Below are positions 45,561 through 54,995 of a stretch of DNA of 64,000 nt, one piece after another. How positions within the stretch are numbered: position 1 is the stretch's first letter; every line of letters starts with the position of its first letter. Where the stretch lies: the IMG/VR virus record IMGVR_UViG_3300044614_001780; one strand, written 5' to 3'. The position numbers and the translations under genes were made by a program. The notes beneath the pieces are model-generated. The model did no database searches. It was not told the origin of the DNA and saw only the letters and a program-made list of their open reading frames with translations. The stretch is from a virus.

Positions 45561-46934
45561 TTAAAATTTAAATCCAGAAAATTTACTTGTTTTTTCTTCA
45601 TCATTACTATACTCTTCTTCTTGTCCAGAGTCAAGTATATCTTTTTGAGCACTTTGCTCAACGTCGTAAAGACGCATCTTTGCCCTATCAATCCCAACAA
45701 CAAATCTTTTATTCATTGTTGGGTCATTATATCTGTTCTTTAATTGCTTCACCATAATCTGACCAAGTTGCTCTAATTCTTCTGTCGAGATAAGAGCAAA
45801 CATAAGATCAGCAGTAGCAGGCAACCCAAAACTTTCAGAAGTATCAGTAAGCTCAACATCAGAATTTCCGTAACCAGAACGAGTAGTTTGAGTGGCAGAG
45901 ACAATTGGTACGTTAGTTTCAACTGCTAATCCACGAAGTTCTTCAGCAATTGCTTTAATATAAGTATATGAATTGATGGAACTATTTGCCTTATGCCTAG
46001 AAGAAGCACAAATATTCAAATAATCAACAAAGATAATATCAGGTTTAAATGATTTTTTAAGTGACAACTCATTCAAAAGTGCTCGGAAGTGTCCTGCGTG
46101 TGCGGAAGCAGTTGGATACTCTTTAATAATAAGAGTTCCTTGACTTTTTTTACTAATATTATTCACTTTAGATTCAAACATCACTTTAGGAAGTGATTGG
46201 ATATCTTGAATATTCACGTTCAAAAGATTTGAGTCAATACGTTCCGCAATCCTCTCTTCAGCCATCTCCAAAGTAATATACAATACATTCTTACCTTGAA
46301 GCAGAACAGAAGCAGCAACGTGACACATAAAGAGGGACTTACCCACACCAGTGCCTGCAAGAGCAATATTGAGAGTTTTATTAGGAAGTCCACCTTTTGT
46401 AACTTTGTTGAAGAATTCCAAATCGAAAGGAATTTTGTCCTCACGTTGGTGGTAGAACTCATATCGTTTTTCCGAGTCCTTAAAATAATCGTGTCCAATG
46501 TTATTATCGAAAGAGACTGCTAGAGCATCCGATAGAATACTTGGAATTGCATCTCGATTTTTCTTTTCATCTTGACCATCTGCAATCTTAATAGATTCCA
46601 TAAGTGCAAGGTATATAGCACGGTCTCTACACCATTTCTCAGTAGTATCTACCAACCACTTGTAGTCAACATCATTATTATCCAACTTAGACACATACTC
46701 ACAAATAGTTTTGTATGTGTCTTCGGTAATATCAGTACGTTTTTCAGTTTCAATAAGGACAACTTCTTTGGTTGCAAGTTTTTCGTAAGCAACAATAAAC
46801 TTACAAATCTCCTCAAAAACTACTTTCTCATGCAAGTTTTCAAAATATTCATTTTTAATAAAAGGAAGAACTTTTCTACAATAGTCATTGTTGAAAAGAA
46901 GATTCCTAAGAATAGTAGTTTCGACTTTTTCCAT
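45561..46934 (-). CDS. gp41: Replicative DNA helicase
   Basis: AGTGVGKS, ITLEM, VDYLNI and LKNRY motifs. Confidence 0.97.
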   Translation of the reverse strand: MEKVETTILRNLLFNNDYCRKVLPFIKNEYFENLHEKVVFEEICKFIVAYEKLATKEVVLIETEKRTDITEDTYKTICEYVSKLDNNDVDYKWLVDTTEKWCRDRAIYLALMESIKIADGQDEKKNRDAIPSILSDALAVSFDNNIGHDYFKDSEKRYEFYHQREDKIPFDLEFFNKVTKGGLPNKTLNIALAGTGVGKSLFMCHVAASVLLQGKNVLYITLEMAEERIAERIDSNLLNVNIQDIQSLPKVMFESKVNNISKKSQGTLIIKEYPTASAHAGHFRALLNELSLKKSFKPDIIFVDYLNICASSRHKANSSINSYTYIKAIAEELRGLAVETNVPIVSATQTTRSGYGNSDVELTDTSESFGLPATADLMFALISTEELEQLGQIMVKQLKNRYNDPTMNKRFVVGIDRAKMRLYDVEQSAQKDILDSGQEEEYSNDEEKTSKFSGFKF

Positions 46935-47941
46935 TAACCTCCGTATGAAAACTCTTTCTTTGCTGCCTCATCAAGTGCTTGCATTACTTCACCAGTAAAA
47001 TATTTCTCTGGATTCTCCATAATGGTCTTACCATATTGAGAAGTTCCATCAGGAACTTGATACCTAGTACCAGACTTTTCAAATATACCATACTTCTCAG
47101 CAAGGTCAAGAAGACCATAATACTTATCAAGTCCACGTTCATCATAGTAAAGACGAACTTCTACAGTTTTATTCTCTTTACTCAAACGAGACTTGTGGGT
47201 AGTTGCTTTAATGATATTGCCAACTACTTCTGTTCCATCCTTTTCTTTTTTCTTAGAAAGATAGATGATGGTGGATGCTGCGTACTTAAGACCAGAACCC
47301 CCACTCATTTCTTTCATTGGAACATAGGAACCAACAACATCATAAGTATGATTAGTAACAATCATTGGAATCTTTGCCTGCCCCAATTTCAAGGTTAGCA
47401 TCCTAAAGGCACCTTTGACAAGTTGGGATTTAGTCATATCACGAACTTGCTTGTCATCCAAAGCATCTTGAATTTCCTTTTCTGTAGAAAGCATACCAAG
47501 AGAATCAAGAACAAACATACAAGGTTTACGTTCACCCTCTTTCTTTTTGAGATACAAATCTACCGATCGAAGTGCCTTTGAACGGAACTCCTCAATAGTC
47601 ACCACGTTTACAACAACTACTCTACTGGTATCAAGACCCCTACTTGCAAGAAGGGATTTAGTTATAGCAGCCTCAGTATCAAAGTAGAGGCAATAACCAT
47701 CGGGATTATTATCAAGGAAATTCTTAACCACAGCGAGAGAAAAGAAAGTCTTTCCAGTACTAGACTCTCCAGCAATAGCAGTAATCTTATTCCCAGATAC
47801 ACCACCAAGTACACTACCTGAAACCAGTGCATTAAAAATGAATGAACCCGTGTCAACATAAGTCTCTGTTTCATCAATATCAGAGGCAAGTTGAGTGTAT
47901 TCGCCTCCAATTTCTTTTACAATATCTTTAAGAAAATCCAT
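46934..47941 (-). CDS. uvsX: RecA-like recombinase
   Basis: [12 protein letters not shown] and LDSLG motifs. Confidence 0.96.
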   Translation of the reverse strand: MDFLKDIVKEIGGEYTQLASDIDETETYVDTGSFIFNALVSGSVLGGVSGNKITAIAGESSTGKTFFSLAVVKNFLDNNPDGYCLYFDTEAAITKSLLASRGLDTSRVVVVNVVTIEEFRSKALRSVDLYLKKKEGERKPCMFVLDSLGMLSTEKEIQDALDDKQVRDMTKSQLVKGAFRMLTLKLGQAKIPMIVTNHTYDVVGSYVPMKEMSGGSGLKYAASTIIYLSKKKEKDGTEVVGNIIKATTHKSRLSKENKTVEVRLYYDERGLDKYYGLLDLAEKYGIFEKSGTRYQVPDGTSQYGKTIMENPEKYFTGEVMQALDEAAKKEFSYGG

Positions 47942-48105
47942 CAAGCTACCATCCCATATTCTTCACGTAAGATTTTTTTATAAGGAAGTCCCTGTTCTTT
48001 TAGTTCCTTCACAAGTTTAAGTTTTTGATATAGTGCAGTGTCTCCACCAAGAGACATTGCTCTTACAATTGTATTCAGTTCTTCGTCGTTAATAGGCAAA
48101 TCCAT
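47941..48105 (-). CDS. Small hypothetical protein
   Basis: [10 protein letters not shown]...; TGATG coupling at both ends. Confidence 0.7.
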   Translation of the reverse strand: MDLPINDEELNTIVRAMSLGGDTALYQKLKLVKELKEQGLPYKKILREEYGMVA

Positions 48106-50603
48106 CAGGCAAAAAATGATTCTAGAGTAATTGTTTTTTCGACTTTCCAACCAATTGCATCAAGGATAACCCTCATAGGTTCCAAGAATGCTTTGTTGAA
48201 TTGTAGTTCATAGTCGATGTATTTGTCCAATCCCAGTTCTTTGGGGAACTCTTGAATGTAAGAAATTACATTCTCTCGGATTGGATTGGGAAGTTTTAGA
48301 TAACAAAATTTAATTTTTTCACCATTCTGAATTGCTGCATACTTTTTATCAAGTTTCTTTTCCTTAATAAAATGATTATACAGAAGAGCACCACGAACGT
48401 GAATGGGAGTTCCCTTTCCGTAAATTGTTGCGTGTGCTTTATGCTTTACCACATCAGAAACAGTTCTTGGAAATGATATTTCTTCCACAGAACGATTAGT
48501 AAACTCTCTCCGAGACTGTTCAATATAATCAATCATATCATCTTCAGTCTTAGTCATAATAATTTTGAGAGCATCCTTAATCATCTGACGACAAGGAGCA
48601 GGAGTAGAAGACTTAACTGCTTCCAGTCCCATAATCTTTAATTTTGGTTGTTCGTATCGAACACCTTCACTATCCCAAACATTAAGAATGTATCGTTTCT
48701 TAGCAGTCCAGATTCCACGGTCAGCAATGTTCTCCCGTTTCATCTGCATCTTTTGCTCATAAGCATTCACATAGTCCGCCAATTCTTGATAAGCACTTTC
48801 AATATAAGGCTCAAGTTCCATTTTACACAACTTGTCAAGGAACGAGACAACTTTCTCACGAGTCTCCTCTCTTCCCTTGTATACACATTTAACCAAAGGA
48901 CCCATATTAAGATAAATGGAATCAGTATCAGAAGCAATGACATAATCTACGTTTTCAGTTTTCAACACCTTATTTAGATACTTGTTCATCTTACCCTCAA
49001 TCCAACGAATTGAGACTTGCCCAGACAAAGTAATTGCCTCAGCATTTGCTAGTTTATAGTATCTAAAGTATTGGTTTCCGATGGCACCATAAGCAGAGTT
49101 CAGAGAAATCTTCTTTGCCATCTGAATATTATTGCAACGAGCAATCTCTTTTTCCAATTCTTTGGTTGGAGTCTTCTGATATTCTTTCTTTGCCTCAATC
49201 ATCTTCTTTTTGAAGATAACTCGGTCCCCATACATTTTTTCCATTAACTCTGGAAGAAATCCTTTCACATCCTTACGATACATTGCACCGTTAGCACAGA
49301 CTGCATAATCTTTATACAGTTCAAAATTTATTTGTTCTTCAAGGATTCTATCAACAGTTGCTTGTGGATGTTTCTCGTTGAGGAGTGTCTCTGGAGAAAT
49401 ATTGTACTGCATAATAAGATGGGGATACAGAGAATTAAGGTCAAAACTGACCACCCAATCATATATCCCAGGAATCGGTTCCTTAACATATGCCCCCGCA
49501 TATTTTTCATCTTTTGATGATTTATCTTTTGGAGGAATAACAATGTTGCGTTTCTTAAGATAATTATAAATGATGGCATCCCAAGTTCTTACCTGAAAAA
49601 ACACATCATTATAATTAACCTTAGCATCGTATGCCATAGTAAGGCATAACTCAATAAGTTTCATCTTGTCTTCCAATTGGTCAACAAGTTCAACGTCTTT
49701 GATGTTGTAGTCTACAAACTTTTGCCAGTCTTTCGTATAAAAATCCTTAAAGGTTTCAAACTCAGAGTGGTCTAGTTTTTTCTGTCCCAGTTCCACATTT
49801 GCAATATGGTCAAGACGATATGACTCTTGATTTGTATAAGTAAACTTTTTATACAAATCAAGATAGTCAATCACAGAAACCCCCGCAATTTCGTAAGAGA
49901 TTTGTTCTCTTCCCTGAATCACAAGTTCTTTCCTGCGGATATTACCCCAAGGAGAAAGACGACGTGCTTCCTTATCTCCAAGAATCCGTTCAATACGTCC
50001 AGCAATATATGGGATATCATACAACTCACAGTTCCATCCAGTAATAGCATCTGGAGTATTCTGTTGCCAGAATGCAAGGAATCGGTGAATCAAATCAATT
50101 TCATCAGAACACTTTACATATGCAAGGTCTTTGCGAGTATTATTATACTCTCTAGAATTTGCAAAACAGATAATCTGCTTTGTTGCATAGTTCTGAAGGG
50201 TAATTGTAAGAATTTCTTCCGCACAATCAAAGACATTTGGGAATCCACTTTCAGCAGAAACCTCGATGTCAATTGTAAATAATCTGATTTTTGAAATATC
50301 AAATTTTATTTCTTCTTCTGGATATTTGTCAGAAATATACTGTGCTTTATAGTTGTCATTGCCATAGACAACAAATCCCTCAACCTTAGAATATTTTTCT
50401 AGAAATTCTCTACACTCTGAAATTTTTCCAGGTTGAATAGGTTCTACTGGATATCCATCCAACGTTCTATATTTTGTTTTTTTCTTTGAAGGTACAAATA
50501 AAGTAGGTTGATAATCTTCTTCTATTTGAAAGTATTCACCGTTGTCATAACCACGGACCAACATTTTATTAAATTTTTCATAGACGTTGGTGTAAAATCT
50601 CAT
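48105..50603 (-). CDS. gp43: Family B DNA polymerase
   Basis: DIE exonuclease motif, DLNSLYP, KISLNSAYG and DTDS. Confidence 0.98.
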   Translation of the reverse strand: MRFYTNVYEKFNKMLVRGYDNGEYFQIEEDYQPTLFVPSKKKTKYRTLDGYPVEPIQPGKISECREFLEKYSKVEGFVVYGNDNYKAQYISDKYPEEEIKFDISKIRLFTIDIEVSAESGFPNVFDCAEEILTITLQNYATKQIICFANSREYNNTRKDLAYVKCSDEIDLIHRFLAFWQQNTPDAITGWNCELYDIPYIAGRIERILGDKEARRLSPWGNIRRKELVIQGREQISYEIAGVSVIDYLDLYKKFTYTNQESYRLDHIANVELGQKKLDHSEFETFKDFYTKDWQKFVDYNIKDVELVDQLEDKMKLIELCLTMAYDAKVNYNDVFFQVRTWDAIIYNYLKKRNIVIPPKDKSSKDEKYAGAYVKEPIPGIYDWVVSFDLNSLYPHLIMQYNISPETLLNEKHPQATVDRILEEQINFELYKDYAVCANGAMYRKDVKGFLPELMEKMYGDRVIFKKKMIEAKKEYQKTPTKELEKEIARCNNIQMAKKISLNSAYGAIGNQYFRYYKLANAEAITLSGQVSIRWIEGKMNKYLNKVLKTENVDYVIASDTDSIYLNMGPLVKCVYKGREETREKVVSFLDKLCKMELEPYIESAYQELADYVNAYEQKMQMKRENIADRGIWTAKKRYILNVWDSEGVRYEQPKLKIMGLEAVKSSTPAPCRQMIKDALKIIMTKTEDDMIDYIEQSRREFTNRSVEEISFPRTVSDVVKHKAHATIYGKGTPIHVRGALLYNHFIKEKKLDKKYAAIQNGEKIKFCYLKLPNPIRENVISYIQEFPKELGLDKYIDYELQFNKAFLEPMRVILDAIGWKVEKTITLESFFA

Positions 50604-50863
50604 TGTGTAAGTTCTAAATATTCGTCAAGCAAAGTTTGTTTAGGTTCAATTAGTGTCAGAATCTTATCCGAACTAATCATCAATTGGTCGGCATCTGTAT
50701 AGTCTCCTATCCATGGAGATAATTTTTCACCTTCAGACACAACAAAGGGATTTGTAAGTTTACAATCTGGTTGTCCCAAGTCCACAACTAGTTCTTCAAT
50801 TTCAGATATCAGGAATGTATTGTTCATTAAGAGAATTAACATTATTGTTTTGTTCGTTTCCAT
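50600..50863 (-). CDS. Conserved hypothetical protein (Sm-like)
   Basis: PDCKLTNPF..LSPW..DKILT. Confidence 0.75.
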   Translation of the reverse strand: METNKTIMLILLMNNTFLISEIEELVVDLGQPDCKLTNPFVVSEGEKLSPWIGDYTDADQLMISSDKILTLIEPKQTLLDEYLELTQ

Positions 50864-51155
50864 TCATTCGTTCCTCATAAGATTTTTTTACCATTTCTAC
50901 TGGTTCCACTATAGTCACAATCCAGTCCTTTTTTACTGGAATATTTGTATCAAAAGATAAAGGCATCCAAGGATAAAAGGCAATTTTATACTCATGCTCC
51001 TTTTCATTCTCAAGTAGAGTTTGTGGGGAAATCAATTTAACAACAACTGGATTTGAAAAAATTAAAGAAATTAAATTCCCTTCGTCATCAACTAATTCCT
51101 TAATATCTGCTACTACATCTTCACCAGATTTAAGTACAGCAAGTTTAATAGTCAT
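50802..51155 (-). CDS. Conserved hypothetical protein (Sm-like)
   Basis: KLAVLKSGEDVVA..PWMPLS; TTGACT-N17-TATAAT upstream. Confidence 0.8.
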   Translation of the reverse strand: MTIKLAVLKSGEDVVADIKELVDDEGNLISLIFSNPVVVKLISPQTLLENEKEHEYKIAFYPWMPLSFDTNIPVKKDWIVTIVEPVEMVKKSYEERMNGNEQNNNVNSLNEQYIPDI

Positions 51156-51176
51156 ATTTGTCAAGTACCTCAAAAA

Positions 51177-51229
51177 ATTATAGCAAGAAAAAAGGGGGAA
51201 GTCAACTGGATTTTGCCAGTTGTTCCCCT
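51177..51229 (-). terminator. Hairpin terminator after hsp20 containing the -35 of the next promoter
   Basis: GGGGAACAACTGG/CCAGTTGACTTCCCC plus T-run; TTGACT-N17-TATAAT. Confidence 0.7.
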
Positions 51230-51252
51230 GCGCCGACGATATTCAATATTAT

Positions 51253-51693
51253 TTATAAGTAGTCTTTACGTGTATGATGCTCTGGAACTATTTTACCAAG
51301 TTTAATCATTAACAATCCATCTTCGAATGCAACCTCTCGTACTTCCGTGTCGTCTGATAGTGTCCATGCTCTCTTGAAACTTCTTTGAGCCAATCCCTTA
51401 TGGACGTATTGGGTATCAGACTCCCTATCTTCCTTTTGCCCTTCGATAAAAAGTTTTCCATACTCTGTGTATACATGGACTTCCTCCTTTTTAAATCCAG
51501 CAAGTGCAAGTTCAAGTCTTGATTCTACATTGCTTACTTGAACAAGGTTATATGGGGGATAGTTAGAAGTTGTTTCATGAAGATGAAACAGACGATCAAA
51601 ATATTCATCCATTCCAATGCTATTGCGGGTAATTCTTTCCATCAAGGCAGGAAGATCCGCAGCAGTAAACCGTGATGTTGCAAGGTTAGTCAT
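51253..51693 (-). CDS. hsp20: Small heat shock protein
   Basis: NYPPYN, LALAGF, RSFKR and EDGLL motifs; AAGGAG RBS. Confidence 0.95.
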   Translation of the reverse strand: MTNLATSRFTAADLPALMERITRNSIGMDEYFDRLFHLHETTSNYPPYNLVQVSNVESRLELALAGFKKEEVHVYTEYGKLFIEGQKEDRESDTQYVHKGLAQRSFKRAWTLSDDTEVREVAFEDGLLMIKLGKIVPEHHTRKDYL

Positions 51694-51756
51694 TATAGTA
51701 GCTCCTTTAAAAGCGAGTTTGTGTTTTGTGGACCCATTCGGCATCCCACAATTATA
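51694..51756 (-). promoter_or_regulatory. hsp20 -10 and ROSE-like RNA thermometer candidate
   Basis: TATAAT, then CTCGCTTTTAAAGGAG: UCGCU pairs with the SD leaving a bulged G. Confidence 0.5.
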
Positions 51757-51769
51757 TATCGCAAAAGCA

Positions 51770-51795
51770 TAAAAAAGGGAGGTTCGGACCTCCCT
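51770..51795 (-). terminator. Terminator after regA
   Basis: AGGGAGGT/ACCTCCCT plus T-run. Confidence 0.8.
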
Positions 51796-51801
51796 AAAAA
51801 A

Positions 51802-52245
51802 TTATTCGGTTTCTTCTTCCCCTCTCTTTTTCTTTGCACCAATATTATATTTTGTTTCCAAAATCCAATCACCTTTATCTTTAAAAGATAAAACTTTAAT
51901 TTGATTCAATGGTGCAATATCAGAGATTTTACTAACATCAACTACAGTAATCAATCCCCAATCTGCCAATAACTGCGTAATTCTGTTCCTTCTTTGAACA
52001 TCATTCACAGTCAAATTTGCTGGTTTACCATCCAAAGCAAATAGTTCTTTAAAATGAACAAGATAATACTTACCTTGCTTATGAAGAATATGACAAGACT
52101 GATAGATTTTCTTTTCTTTGCGAGATGCTACTCCAATACGGGTCAAAGTCTCACGAACTTTCAAAAAGTCATCAGGTTCATTAAGAATAACTTCCACCAT
52201 TTGGTCCGAAGACCACTTCACTTCGGGCTCCTGCACGACACTCAT
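51802..52245 (-). CDS. regA: Translational repressor RegA
   Basis: DDFLKVRETLTRIGVAS..QSCHILHKQG.Y..VHFKELF. Confidence 0.97.
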   Translation of the reverse strand: MSVVQEPEVKWSSDQMVEVILNEPDDFLKVRETLTRIGVASRKEKKIYQSCHILHKQGKYYLVHFKELFALDGKPANLTVNDVQRRNRITQLLADWGLITVVDVSKISDIAPLNQIKVLSFKDKGDWILETKYNIGAKKKRGEEETE

Positions 52246-52628
52246 TTTTTTCCTCCAACATCAAGTTTTTGTTTAATAAAATTAATTTGTTCTTTACTAA
52301 GAATTTTCAAAGCTTGCTCTGCCTTTTCATTACTATATCCATAGTAAGATTTGACATATTCAATATCTTTGATTTTCTCTTTTTTGACCCAAGGAGAATA
52401 TCTCTTCTTGATTCTGATTATATTTATATAAAAATCATATTGAAGTTTCTTGTTCAGTCTATGATTTATATTCATTTCATTTGCATACATTATGCAATCA
52501 ATATGCCCAGACAAGCATTTGTTAATAATATATGGAGGATATTCCTTCTCCAAAGAAAGATCTTCATCTAAAATATTATCTTTTGTTTGGTTAATACTGC
52601 TCAACCAGTCCTTCAAATCGATACTCAT
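52242..52628 (-). CDS. gp62: Clamp loader small subunit
   Basis: YPPYIIN..YYGYS.EKA; position after gp44. Confidence 0.93.
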   Translation of the reverse strand: MSIDLKDWLSSINQTKDNILDEDLSLEKEYPPYIINKCLSGHIDCIMYANEMNINHRLNKKLQYDFYINIIRIKKRYSPWVKKEKIKDIEYVKSYYGYSNEKAEQALKILSKEQINFIKQKLDVGGKK

Positions 52629-53569
52629 TTAAACTTGCACTCCACCATAATTTCTGTGAGTGCTGCCAGCAGGTTTATTTCTTGGTCTGCCACAAATGCT
52701 GCTTGATACTGATACTTAGCAACAATGAGGACGGCAGCAGCAATAGAAGGACCATCAAGGGTTTCATAACAAGCATCGTAAACACGACGCAAAAGTACCC
52801 CAGAATCATTGTCCAAATTACTAACGACCCACTTACGTACCTCAGAAAAGTTTTTTTCCTTAAGATGTTTAATAAGGTCATCTGTCTTTACCTCCCCAAA
52901 AGACGCAAGAATCCCCGTGTCAATTTCACCACCCACCGAATATCGTTGGCACTCGTTAAGGACCCTTCTCCAGTCTGGGAAGTGTTTATTAATGAGTTCT
53001 GCAAGGACTTTTGGATCGTACTTGATTTGTTCCAGTTCAAGTACTTGCTGTAGTCTTTTAAAGAATTGTCCTGCAATTTGTGGTCGTTGTCTTCCTTGAA
53101 TGGAAAACTCCACAACGGCACAACGGGAATGGAGTGGTTCAATGATTTTGTTTTTGTAGTTGCAGGTAAAGATAAATCTGCAGTTTCCACTAAATTCCTC
53201 AATAGACGCCCGTAAGAGGAGTTGTACATCTGCGGTCGTATTATCTGCCTCATCAATGATGATGACTTTGTGTTTAGCAGTTGACGAAAGTGAGACGGTC
53301 GAAGCGAAGTTCTTCGCATTGTTTCTGACAGTATCGAGGAATCTACCTTCGTCGGATCCATTGATGACATAAAAATCAGCTCCCAATTCATTACAAAGTG
53401 CCTTTGCTACTGTTGTTTTTCCACAACCAGCAGGACCTGTAAGAAGCAAATTTGGCACTTCTCCCTTATTTAGAAAGTCACTAAAGGTTTTCTTAATATT
53501 CTCTGGGAGAATACACTCTTCAATTGTCTTGGGTCGATACTTTTCGACCCACAAAAAATCACCACGCAT
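52625..53569 (-). CDS. gp44: Clamp loader large subunit
   Basis: WVEKYRP, GPAGCGKT, DEAD and SRC motifs. Confidence 0.97.
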   Translation of the reverse strand: MRGDFLWVEKYRPKTIEECILPENIKKTFSDFLNKGEVPNLLLTGPAGCGKTTVAKALCNELGADFYVINGSDEGRFLDTVRNNAKNFASTVSLSSTAKHKVIIIDEADNTTADVQLLLRASIEEFSGNCRFIFTCNYKNKIIEPLHSRCAVVEFSIQGRQRPQIAGQFFKRLQQVLELEQIKYDPKVLAELINKHFPDWRRVLNECQRYSVGGEIDTGILASFGEVKTDDLIKHLKEKNFSEVRKWVVSNLDNDSGVLLRRVYDACYETLDGPSIAAAVLIVAKYQYQAAFVADQEINLLAALTEIMVECKFK

Positions 53570-53571
53570 AA

Positions 53572-53721
53572 TTAAGAAATAGGTTGAGGTCCACCAATAA
53601 TAATAGCAGAAGGAATCTGAGCTTGGGCAATATGTTTTGCCTGTGATTGACTATCTGCATCAACAATTACTTCCAGGTATCGGTTATCACCTGGAAGTTT
53701 ATATTTAACTTTATATCTCAT
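53572..53721 (-). CDS. Small hypothetical protein (49 aa)
   Basis: MRYKVKYKLPGDNRYLEVIVDADSQSQAK...; fills the gp45-gp44 gap. Confidence 0.65.
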   Translation of the reverse strand: MRYKVKYKLPGDNRYLEVIVDADSQSQAKHIAQAQIPSAIIIGGPQPIS

Positions 53722-54383
53722 TCAAAAGAAGAATCTGGTTCTAACGCAATATAGTAATTAAGATTATACCTTTCATTAGTAAACTTAGAGAGTAATTTTT
53801 TAGAAACAACTACATCATATGTTCCTGGAATAATTTTAATATTTTCTACCTTAAAATTAAATACGAAATTATTTTTCGTTTCTCCAACATCAATAGAGAA
53901 TTCATTAGATGTATCATTTTTCTTATCTCGAACTAGCAAACGAATAACTCCATCTTCACCAACAGCAGAAAGGTCAGGAAGTTGGTACACTGCTGCTGCT
54001 TTGATGAGTTTATCCAATTGAGAGTGCTCCAGTTGGAAACAAACATCTTGAGTTGGAAGTTCTAGTTCTTTTTCAGGTGGAGTTACAATAACTTCAGGGT
54101 CTGCAAAGAAATATTTTACTTTTCTTTTTCCCTCACTGATTACAATGTATGAATTATTTTCAAAATTCAAATCTGGGTCTTGGTGAAGACCCAATCCATT
54201 CAGAAATTGATTGAGATCATAAATTGCAAAATCTTTTGGGAAAGTTTCATTGACAGTTGCTTCTGCTAGAATATTTTTCATTACAGAAATAGTTCTAAGT
54301 TTAGAACCAGATTTTACCAAAATCGATTGGTTAATAGAAGCAAAGTTTTTAAGTACGTTAATAGTTTCAGAGGAAAGTTTCAT
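53718..54383 (-). CDS. gp45: Sliding clamp
   Basis: MKLS..T..LKNFASINQS, FAIYDLNQFL and YYIALE motifs. Confidence 0.96.
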   Translation of the reverse strand: MKLSSETINVLKNFASINQSILVKSGSKLRTISVMKNILAEATVNETFPKDFAIYDLNQFLNGLGLHQDPDLNFENNSYIVISEGKRKVKYFFADPEVIVTPPEKELELPTQDVCFQLEHSQLDKLIKAAAVYQLPDLSAVGEDGVIRLLVRDKKNDTSNEFSIDVGETKNNFVFNFKVENIKIIPGTYDVVVSKKLLSKFTNERYNLNYYIALEPDSSFE

Positions 54384-54385
54384 AA

Positions 54386-54949
54386 TCAATAAGGAAAATC
54401 AGAATTAGGTTTTTTGTGGAGACCAGAGAAATGATACAGGAGAATACAATAATGTATTGCCTTCAAAATGTCCATCTTGGATTTACCATTCTTCTTACCA
54501 AAACGAGAAAGGTATTTAATTGCATTTGAACGGGTAAATGCTTCCGCATCACCAATACTCTCAATCAAATCCAAAGTCTGGGTTTTGGACTGCTCAGAAG
54601 TGTAATGGGAATGATAAGTACTTGAAAGATATTGCTCTACTTCTTTAAGGGTTTTATCTTCTTCATATTTCCAGAATCCATTTTTGTTGTTTTGCTCACT
54701 CATGCTATTAACTGTATTAAAACTAATTGTATCAGAAGAATATGGTCCAGGGTTTCCAACAAGACTAAATCCGTCTTCATACCAAAATTGTTGACTAGGA
54801 TGGTCTGCTGGATAGATTGTATCACCTCCCTTTGCCCCCACAACAGTATCACCACTAAAAGTAATTACATCTGGGTTTTGGTTTACTACTTGGGCAGCAG
54901 GAGGATTATTAAGGTTAATGTTGTACGTTGTAAAATTTTTATCGTCCAT
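54386..54949 (-). CDS. DUF3310-like protein with low-complexity N-terminus
   Basis: TYHSHY..NAIKYLSRFGKK..DILKAIHY. Confidence 0.8.
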   Translation of the reverse strand: MDDKNFTTYNINLNNPPAAQVVNQNPDVITFSGDTVVGAKGGDTIYPADHPSQQFWYEDGFSLVGNPGPYSSDTISFNTVNSMSEQNNKNGFWKYEEDKTLKEVEQYLSSTYHSHYTSEQSKTQTLDLIESIGDAEAFTRSNAIKYLSRFGKKNGKSKMDILKAIHYCILLYHFSGLHKKPNSDFPY

Positions 54950-54995
54950 AATAAAAGATTCACTCCAAATCAGTATAACAGATTTCAAGAAGGAG

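Noticed and set aside
34731-50603. Possible introns or inteins in nrdA, nrdB, gp41 and gp43 (psbA and psbD also checked)
   Set aside because: All are continuous ORFs of normal length with no intein terminal motifs
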